NCBI GenBank assembly: GCA_934660865.1
Contig: CAKUIA010000002.1
Coordinates: 120,001 to 152,000, forward strand
Reading direction: 5' to 3'
Source: an uncultured Opitutales bacterium
GTDB taxonomy: Bacteria; Verrucomicrobiota; Verrucomicrobiia; Opitutales; Intestinicryptomonadaceae
DNA length: 32,000 nucleotides
Shown here: piece after piece, positions 23,906 to 30,909 of the stretch
Layout: every line of letters begins with the position of its first letter
Numbering within the stretch: the stretch's first letter is position 1
Notes under the pieces: model-generated
What the model saw: only the letters and a program-made list of their open reading frames with translations
What the model was told of the DNA's origin: nothing
The model's database searches: none
Made by a program: the position numbers and the translations under genes

Positions 23906-26641
23906 CTATTTATTTAGCGGCATTTCCAAAACGTATTTGCCGCTTGGCAGTGTTATTGCGCGCTTTTCAATCGCCTTGCCGTTTATTGTGCAAGCCGGCA
24001 AATTACATTCTTTGGGAACAACAATGTGGGCGTTTGTGTTGCCGGGAGCCGTAATTTTCCACACAACTTTTTTGCCGTCTACAATGCGCCACGAGCTTAA
24101 AATTTCGCCGTATGCCGACTGGTATTCGCCTGCGGCGCTGCTTATGCCGCCGCCGATTTTCGGGGCAAACCTAATTGTGCCGTAGCCTACCGAGCCGGGC
24201 TGGTTGTCTATGCCCGCAATATTCGAATACAGCCATTTGCCAACCGCGCCGTACGCATAGTGGTTAAACGAGTTCATCGAAACGGGGCCAAAGCCCGCGT
24301 CTTTTGAATAGCTGTTCCACCTTTCCCACATGGTTGTAGCCCCCTGGTTTATCGAGTATATCCACGAGGGATATTCGGGAGTTTGCAAAACTTTGTAGGC
24401 CAAGTCTGTGCGGCCGAAACGGCTAAGAACGTCTAAAATAAGAGGCGTTCCGACAAAGCCGGTGTTTAGCGTGTTGCCGTCTTTTTCGAGCCTTTCAAGG
24501 AATTTGGCAAACACTTTTGCCCTCAATGCCCTGTCTTTTACCATATCGAAAGCAAGGGTTAGCAAATACGCCGTTTGCGTGTCGCCCTCAACTAAGCCCG
24601 ACTCTTTTACAAAAGCCCTGCAATAGGCGTCTTTTATCTTGTCCTTAAGCTGCCCGTAATTTTTTACGTCGTTTGCATACTTTAATTTCTTTGCGCACTG
24701 CTCTATAATTCTTGCACATTCGGCATAGTAGGCCGTGCCAATCAAGCTTCTGGGGGTGTCGCCTCTAAGTTGTTTATTCTTTTGCTTGGGCTGAAGCCAG
24801 TCGCCAAAGCCGCAGTCCTGCCTTATCAACCCCTTGGAATGGTCGCGCTGGAAATACATCCACTTTTTCATGAAAGGATACGTGTTTTTTATAATGCTAA
24901 AGTCGCCGTAGGCCAAATAGATTTGCCACGGGCATATCACAACCGCGTCGCTCCATGCGGGCGAGCCGTCGCCTTCAACCCCCTTTACCAAAGGCACAAC
25001 ACTGGGGATTTTCCCGTCGGGCAGCTGCGAGTCGGCCATATCAAGGCACCACTTTGTAAAGAAGCCCAAAACGTTCATATTATAGGCGGCAGTAGAGCAA
25101 AACACCTGGGCGTCGCCCGTCCAGCCCAAACGCTCGTCCCTTTGCGGGCAGTCGGTTGGAACCGAGAAAAAGTTGCCCCTTTGCCCCCATTGTATGTTGC
25201 TTTGCAGGCGGTTTAGCATTTCGTTGGAGCAGCGAAAACTACCCGTTAGCTCCATATCGTTATACATAACAAGCGCTTTTACCGAATCTAGCGAAGGCTT
25301 TTCGCTTAAGCCCGAAATTTCCAAATACCTAAAGCCGTGGAATGTAAACACGGGCGCATATTCCTCGCCGTCTTTTTCGCCCGAAAACGTGTAATAGTCG
25401 GTAGACTTTGCGCTTCGGTAGTTGTCGGTATACAAAGTTTGGTCGTCTTTAAGCATTTCGGCATAGCGCAATGTTATTTTTTGCCCCTTTTGCCCCTTAA
25501 GCTTAAAATGGGGAACGCCCACCAAATTTTGCCCGAAATCGAAAATGTAAACTCCCTCTTTTAACTCTCTTACCGAAAGGGGGCTAAGCTGCAAATTTGC
25601 CCTAATGGGCTGGTTGCGGCGGGGCTCAAGCAAGGGCTTTTCGGCAATATCCTTCGCAACGGCGTTTGTCCAGTTTTTGTCCTCCTTAAAGGAGGCCTGC
25701 TTCCAGCCTTTGGGTTCCAAGTTGGCGTCGTAAGTTTCGCCGTCGTATATGTCGGCCTCTAAAATCGCAAAATGGCCGCACTTCCATGTTTGGTCGCTGT
25801 TAACTTCAAAAACGGAACCGTCTTTTTTTGTTATGCGTATTTTTACCAAAATTTCGGGCTTGTCGCCGTACAAATTTTTAAGGTTGTGCCAAGTTAAACG
25901 CCCGCCGTACCAGCCGTCGGCTATAATTGCCGAAATTGCATTGGCGCCGTTTTCAAGCAAATCGGTTATGTCGTATGTATTGGTTTGTATGCGCTTGTTG
26001 TAGTCGGTCCAGCCCGTACCCCAAAAGTCGTCGCCTATTTTCTTTCCGTTTAGGTAGGCCTGGAATATCCCCTTTACCGCAACATAGCACCTTGCCGAGG
26101 CTATTTCGGATTTGTCTACATTAAAGGTTTTTCTAAGATAGGTAGGGGCAATCCACTTTTGTTGCACATCTTCGCCACGGCGAGTTTTCGCGGCTCTTAT
26201 TTCGGGCGCTTTGGGCGTGCTTAGCCACTTTGCAGGCTGCCACTGGCCGTTGCTTGTTAGCCCCGTTTCAATCGAGGCAAAATCCGACCAGTCGCTTTCG
26301 GTGCCGTCGGCATAGGCCACTTTTACCCTCCACAAATATTTGGTTGCGCCCTCAAAGCGCATAAAGCCGTCGAACGACCTTGCAACCGAAACTTTGCCGC
26401 GGCGCATATTTGTATCGGCCCACAAAATTTTCATATCGGGCGACCAAAACTGCACGTTGTAGGCCTGCTGCATTTTGCCTACGGGAATCTTCCACGAAAA
26501 TACCGCGTCTTGCATATTCAGGCCCATCGGGTCTGTAAACTGTTTTCCGCTTGTAAGCCCGAAAGGCTTGTCGGCGTATAGCCATGTTGCCGAAATTGCG
26601 GCGCACAAAAAAGCCGCCCCCTTTAATATATTCTTAACCAT
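23906..26641 (-). CDS. alpha-L-rhamnosidase (GH78), secreted
   Basis: 911 aa with an N-terminal signal peptide. The GH78 catalytic-domain motif FSVPTDCPQRDERLGWTGDAQVF is present, along with the typical N-terminal beta-sandwich domains and C-terminal domain. Confidence 0.9.
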   Translation of the reverse strand: MVKNILKGAAFLCAAISATWLYADKPFGLTSGKQFTDPMGLNMQDAVFSWKIPVGKMQQAYNVQFWSPDMKILWADTNMRRGKVSVARSFDGFMRFEGATKYLWRVKVAYADGTESDWSDFASIETGLTSNGQWQPAKWLSTPKAPEIRAAKTRRGEDVQQKWIAPTYLRKTFNVDKSEIASARCYVAVKGIFQAYLNGKKIGDDFWGTGWTDYNKRIQTNTYDITDLLENGANAISAIIADGWYGGRLTWHNLKNLYGDKPEILVKIRITKKDGSVFEVNSDQTWKCGHFAILEADIYDGETYDANLEPKGWKQASFKEDKNWTNAVAKDIAEKPLLEPRRNQPIRANLQLSPLSVRELKEGVYIFDFGQNLVGVPHFKLKGQKGQKITLRYAEMLKDDQTLYTDNYRSAKSTDYYTFSGEKDGEEYAPVFTFHGFRYLEISGLSEKPSLDSVKALVMYNDMELTGSFRCSNEMLNRLQSNIQWGQRGNFFSVPTDCPQRDERLGWTGDAQVFCSTAAYNMNVLGFFTKWCLDMADSQLPDGKIPSVVPLVKGVEGDGSPAWSDAVVICPWQIYLAYGDFSIIKNTYPFMKKWMYFQRDHSKGLIRQDCGFGDWLQPKQKNKQLRGDTPRSLIGTAYYAECARIIEQCAKKLKYANDVKNYGQLKDKIKDAYCRAFVKESGLVEGDTQTAYLLTLAFDMVKDRALRAKVFAKFLERLEKDGNTLNTGFVGTPLILDVLSRFGRTDLAYKVLQTPEYPSWIYSINQGATTMWERWNSYSKDAGFGPVSMNSFNHYAYGAVGKWLYSNIAGIDNQPGSVGYGTIRFAPKIGGGISSAAGEYQSAYGEILSSWRIVDGKKVVWKITAPGNTNAHIVVPKECNLPACTINGKAIEKRAITLPSGKYVLEMPLNK

Positions 26642-26651
26642 ATATAATATT

Positions 26652-26665
26652 TGTAAACGTTAACA
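26652..26665. promoter_or_regulatory. candidate LacI/cre-type operator TGTAAACGTTAACA
   Basis: Fits TGWAANCGNTNWCA at every constrained position. Half-sites TGTAAAC and TGTTAAC differ at one base. Lies 11-24 nt upstream of the GH78 ATG, downstream of the predicted promoter. Confidence 0.35.
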
Positions 26666-26682
26666 TTGTTTGAACACCGGTC

Positions 26683-26711
26683 ATTTTCCAAAGCAAAGCC
26701 AAATTTGTCAA
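26683..26711 (-). promoter_or_regulatory. candidate sigma70-type promoter of the GH78 gene
   Basis: The minus strand reads TTGACA (26711-26706), a 17-nt spacer, then GAAAAT (26688-26683). Confidence 0.4.
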
Positions 26712-26887
26712 TGTTTTTTGCCAAAAAACGCCCCTACTTTGCCCCCTTTGCCGTACCCTAAAAACAAAGCAAACAAGCGATATTTTAATGTGCCCGACCC
26801 GAGGGAAATTCAAACTAAAAATATGCCAAAAAAATACCGATATTTCTTGCAAAAACATTCAACATGTAATTTCATTTGTGCTCAATT

Positions 26888-28369
26888 ATGAAACCAGTAG
26901 TATTTAACAACACCGTATTGAGAGACGGCCACCAATCGTTGGCCGCAACAAGAATGCCAACCGAAGTGATGGAACCCGTTTGCTCCATATTAGACAGCAT
27001 GGGGTTCGGCGCTCTCGAAACTTGGGGCGGAGCTACTATAGACGCAGGCTTGCGCTTTTTGGGAGAATTCCCCTTCGACAGGCTCGACACTTTAAAGAAA
27101 CTTTGCCCGAACACAAAGCATATGATGCTCTTGCGCGGCCAAAACATTGTCGCCTACCAGCATTATCCCGACGACGTTGTTAAAGCCTTTGTAAAAACTT
27201 CGGCAAAGCACGGCATGGATATTTTCAGAATATTCGACGCTTTGAACGACACGCGCAATATGCGCTGCGCAATAGAGGCGGCAAAAGAGGCCGGCAAAGA
27301 GGCCCACGGCACAATCTGCTATACGTCCAGCCCCGTGCACACAATAGAAAAGTTCACCCAAATGGGCAAAGAGCTGGAACAAATGGGTTGCGACGCCATT
27401 GTAATTAAGGATATGGCAGGGCTTATTCCCCCGTACATAACCTACAAATTGGTTAAGGCTTTAAAGGAAACAGTTAAAATTCCCGTTTGGATGCACACGC
27501 ACGACACGGCGGGCATGGGTGCTGCCTCGTACTACGCCGCAATAGACGCCGGGGTAGACGCAATAGACACCTCCATTTCGCCCTTTGCAAACGGCACGGG
27601 CCAGCCCGACACCGTAAGAATGTTGGCTATGCTTGCAGAACACCCCCGCAAGCCCGACTACGACCTTAAAAAGCTTGCCGAATTAAGAAAATATTTTGAA
27701 GGCGTATACAAAGACGTTTTGGGCGCCTACACAATGCGCGCAAACGAGGTTATAGACCCCGACGTTCTAAAATACCAGGTCCCCGGCGGCATGCTTTCGA
27801 ACTTCCGCAACCAGCTTAAGGAACAGCACATGGAAAACAAGTTCGACGAAGTGTTTAACGAAGTTCCCTATGTAAGGGAAAAGCTCGGCTGGATACCTTT
27901 GGTAACCCCCACTTCGCAGATTGTGGGCACGCAGGCGATGATGAACGTAAAGTTCGGCCGCTGGAATATGTTTACGCCGCAGGCAATGGATATAGCTTTG
28001 GGCTACTACGGCCGCACTCCCGCCCCCGTAGATCCCGAAATAAGGGCTTTGGCCGAAAAGAAATCGGGCAAAAAGCCCATAGACGTTCGCCCCGCCGACT
28101 TGGTTGCCCCGAATATGGAAAACCTTAAAAAGCAGCTGCGCGAAAAGGGAATTAAAGACGACGACGAACACGCCGTTATCTACGCAATGTTCCCGAAGCC
28201 TTTGGAAGACTTGTACACAAAACCAAAGAGCGCATACGCTCTTAAAAAGCCCGAAAGCGCAAAGCCCGCAACGGCCGCAGCCACTGCAACTTGCGCCGAT
28301 AAATCCCCCAAATATTTCTCGGTAAAAGTAAACGGCACACAGCACAAAGTTTCGGTAGAAGTTTTGTAG
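26888..28369 (+). CDS. carboxyltransferase subunit of the oxaloacetate decarboxylase alpha / pyruvate carboxylase B / transcarboxylase 5S family, without a biotinyl domain
   Basis: VFNNTVLRDGHQSLAATRMPTEVM..LETWGGATIDAGLRFLGEFPFDRL...LLRGQNIVAYQHYPDDVV...FRIFDALND. The protein ends ...KYFSVKVNGTQHKVSVEVL with no AMKM biotin-attachment motif. I start at the ATG at 26888; the track start at 26876 is a TTG four codons upstream. Confidence 0.9.
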   Translation: MKPVVFNNTVLRDGHQSLAATRMPTEVMEPVCSILDSMGFGALETWGGATIDAGLRFLGEFPFDRLDTLKKLCPNTKHMMLLRGQNIVAYQHYPDDVVKAFVKTSAKHGMDIFRIFDALNDTRNMRCAIEAAKEAGKEAHGTICYTSSPVHTIEKFTQMGKELEQMGCDAIVIKDMAGLIPPYITYKLVKALKETVKIPVWMHTHDTAGMGAASYYAAIDAGVDAIDTSISPFANGTGQPDTVRMLAMLAEHPRKPDYDLKKLAELRKYFEGVYKDVLGAYTMRANEVIDPDVLKYQVPGGMLSNFRNQLKEQHMENKFDEVFNEVPYVREKLGWIPLVTPTSQIVGTQAMMNVKFGRWNMFTPQAMDIALGYYGRTPAPVDPEIRALAEKKSGKKPIDVRPADLVAPNMENLKKQLREKGIKDDDEHAVIYAMFPKPLEDLYTKPKSAYALKKPESAKPATAAATATCADKSPKYFSVKVNGTQHKVSVEVL

Positions 28370-28379
28370 TTATTGCAGC

Positions 28380-29714
28380 ATGCAAAAGGGCGCAGGCGAG
28401 GTAAACACACGGCTAAGGAAGCGCAAGATGCCCGAAAGCGGCGCGTCTTTTACGCCTTTGCCGTTTCCGCCGCCTCCCCCGCCCTATTTTATACCGCCGC
28501 CCCCTCCATTTAGGGGCGGTTTTCCGCCCCCGCCAAACTTCGAAGAGCAAGACATTTTCGAAGAAATAGAAATCGACAAAGAACACCTTGCCGCGTTTCA
28601 AGACGCAGGCTACGAGGAAGTTGAAAGCGCCGAAAAAGACGGCGGCGAAAACGGGCAGCCTTTTGAAGATGTATCGGAAGAATACATCGCCGACGCCGAC
28701 TACGGCGGCCAACCCTACATAAATTCGCCCATGGAACAAGGCGAAAAGCCCGAAAAAAAGGGCAAAGACCTTGTAGACGACGCCGAGCTTAGGCGGCGCC
28801 AAAGCGAAATACAGAAAAACGCCGAAAAAGACGAAGCTTTGGCGCTGGAAAAAGAGCGCAAAGTTTCGTTTATAAAAACGGTTTTGATAATCGTGTTTTC
28901 GGGCGCGCTATTGTCGGGATTGGGCATTTTGGTTACCTGGGTTTTGTCGAGCACAAAGGCAAACTCGTATTCCGACAGGATTGCAATGCAGGACCAAGAC
29001 GACAACATTTCGCCCGAGGAAAAAGACGAAAAAAAGTTTTGGAAACTGCCCAACAGCGAAGCGAACAACATAATAAAAAACTTCTACAAGGCAACGGGCC
29101 CGTTCGAAACCCTTTCGCGCTCGAGGGACGAGCTTATGCGCGGAACGGCCACAATTCAGGGCAAAAACTATTCTCTAAGGGTAATAAAAAATAGAAACGG
29201 CAACACCTATCTAAAAACGACCGACGCAAACGGCGTTTCGGCCGCCTATTTTATTCCCGAATACACTTTGGGCAGAAAGCTGCTTACGGCAACCGTTTCG
29301 GGCCCGAGCCAGGCGCTTGAATTTGCCGAAAACGAAGCCCTTAAATCGCTGTTTTTGTTCGACGAAGTTTTGCTTGCAAAGGCCTTTCCCTTCGGCGGGC
29401 TTTCGAGCGATTCGCGCAGGGTGGAAATTGTGCCCGGCAAAGCTCCCGCCGACAAATCCCTTTGCTCGCTTAAAATCACAACGCCGTCGAGAACATACGA
29501 ATACCTTTTCGACAAACAAAGCGGCGACATAAAAAGCATTTGCTACGAAGCCGAGCAAATGTCGTTTAAAATTTTGTTCTCGAACAAAAAAACTTTTTCG
29601 GACGGCTTGAAATTTCCCGAAAAAAGGGAGATATTTATAAACGGAAAGCCTTTTGCAACAATACAGTTTTCGACGCTGTCGAGAATAAACGAAATGCTGC
29701 TGTTTCCGCACTAA
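28380..29714 (+). CDS. hypothetical bitopic membrane protein: polyproline and acidic N-terminal region, one TM helix, about 250-aa C-terminal domain (possibly LolA/RseB-like)
   Basis: aa 26-53 read PLPFPPPPPPYFIPPPPPFRGGFPPPPNF. aa 55-160 are strongly acidic. KERK precedes the TM helix VSFIKTVLIIVFSGALLSGLGILVTWVL (about aa 162-189), which predicts N-in topology. I recognise no family motif with confidence. An alternative start is Met17 at 28428. Confidence 0.7.
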   Translation: MQKGAGEVNTRLRKRKMPESGASFTPLPFPPPPPPYFIPPPPPFRGGFPPPPNFEEQDIFEEIEIDKEHLAAFQDAGYEEVESAEKDGGENGQPFEDVSEEYIADADYGGQPYINSPMEQGEKPEKKGKDLVDDAELRRRQSEIQKNAEKDEALALEKERKVSFIKTVLIIVFSGALLSGLGILVTWVLSSTKANSYSDRIAMQDQDDNISPEEKDEKKFWKLPNSEANNIIKNFYKATGPFETLSRSRDELMRGTATIQGKNYSLRVIKNRNGNTYLKTTDANGVSAAYFIPEYTLGRKLLTATVSGPSQALEFAENEALKSLFLFDEVLLAKAFPFGGLSSDSRRVEIVPGKAPADKSLCSLKITTPSRTYEYLFDKQSGDIKSICYEAEQMSFKILFSNKKTFSDGLKFPEKREIFINGKPFATIQFSTLSRINEMLLFPH

Positions 29715-29733
29715 CAATTTTACATTACAAATT

Positions 29734-30861
29734 ATGAAAGTTCCACTGCTTGATTTAAAACCACAATATCTTTCAATGGAGGGCGAATTAAAAGAAGCCT
29801 TCGCAAAAGTGTTCGAATCGCAACACTTTATAGGCGGCCCCCAAATTGCCGAGCTTGAAAAGATTGTAGCCGACTATTGCGGCTGCGAACACGCTTTCGG
29901 CGTATCCAGCGGAACCGACGCGATTTTGGCAAGCCTGCTTTCGCTAGGCATCGGCAGAAGCCCCGTCGAAAACGGGCCCGCGCCCGAAGTTATAGTGCCG
30001 ACATTCACCTTCTTTGCAACGGCAGGCAGCGTGTGGCGCGCGGGGGCAAAACCCGTTTTTGTAGACATAGACCCCGTTTCTTTCAACATCAACTGCGACC
30101 TAATCGAAGAGAAAATCACCGAAAGGACAAAGGCTATTATACCCGTGCACCTTTTCGGGCAATGCGCAGACATGTATAAAATTATGGCAATCGCCAAAAA
30201 GCACAACTTAAAGGTGGTTGAAGACGCGTGCCAGTCGATAGGCACAATGCAAAACGGCAAGAAGGCGGGCGCTTTCGGCGACGCGGGCTGCTTTAGCTTT
30301 TTCCCGAGCAAAAATTTGGGCGGCTTTGGCGACGGCGGCATGGTTGTCTGCAACGACGATTCCCTTGCCGAAAAGCTAAGGCAGGTGCGCAACCACGGCA
30401 TGGAGCCGCGCTACTACCACAAATGGGTGGGAGGCAACTTTAGGCTGGACAGCCTGCAGGCGGCGGGGCTAACCGTTAAGATGAAGTACCTTGAAAGCTG
30501 GCACAAAGCCCGCGCCGAGCATGCCGAATTTTACGCGCAAGAGCTTAAAGACGTATCCGAAATTGCGCTTCCGCAAACAATGGCGGGCAACAGGCACATA
30601 TACAACCAGTTTGTAATTTTAACCGACAGGCGCGACGCGCTTATGTCGTACCTGCGCGAAAACGAAATAGGCTGCGAAATATACTACCCCGTTCCCCTGC
30701 ACTTGCAGGAATGTTTTAAGCCGTTGGGCTACAAGGCCGGCGACATGCCCGTTGCCGAAAACGTTGCAAAAAGGTGCCTGGCGCTGCCCGTATACCCCGA
30801 CCTTACAAGAGAACAGCTTAAGTATACAACCGACACGATAAAAAAATTCTTCGCCAAGTAG
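29734..30861 (+). CDS. DegT/DnrJ/EryC1/StrS-family PLP-dependent sugar aminotransferase
   Basis: PLLDLKPQY, FIGGPQIAELEK, GVSSGTDAI, and the Schiff-base Lys in FSFFPSKNLGGFGDGG. Confidence 0.9.
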   Translation: MKVPLLDLKPQYLSMEGELKEAFAKVFESQHFIGGPQIAELEKIVADYCGCEHAFGVSSGTDAILASLLSLGIGRSPVENGPAPEVIVPTFTFFATAGSVWRAGAKPVFVDIDPVSFNINCDLIEEKITERTKAIIPVHLFGQCADMYKIMAIAKKHNLKVVEDACQSIGTMQNGKKAGAFGDAGCFSFFPSKNLGGFGDGGMVVCNDDSLAEKLRQVRNHGMEPRYYHKWVGGNFRLDSLQAAGLTVKMKYLESWHKARAEHAEFYAQELKDVSEIALPQTMAGNRHIYNQFVILTDRRDALMSYLRENEIGCEIYYPVPLHLQECFKPLGYKAGDMPVAENVAKRCLALPVYPDLTREQLKYTTDTIKKFFAK

Positions 30862-30909
30862 AAAAACTGCTTGATAAACGCCCAGGCCAAAGGGTAGGAT
30901 TTAGGCAAT

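Noticed and set aside
26634-26891. 73-aa (+) and 74-aa (-) ORFs filling the GH78/carboxyltransferase intergenic region.
   Set aside because: The plus-strand ORF has a TTG start, and neither has an RBS context. Both have odd composition (Pro/Lys/Asn or Phe-rich) and span the predicted promoter and operator elements. I treat the region as regulatory DNA.
28270-28369. Possible biotinyl/lipoyl domain at the end of the carboxyltransferase or the start of the next ORF.
   Set aside because: No (A/V)MKM motif or hammerhead-type sequence appears in either protein. The stop at 28367-28369 is unambiguous and the next ORF is in a different frame.
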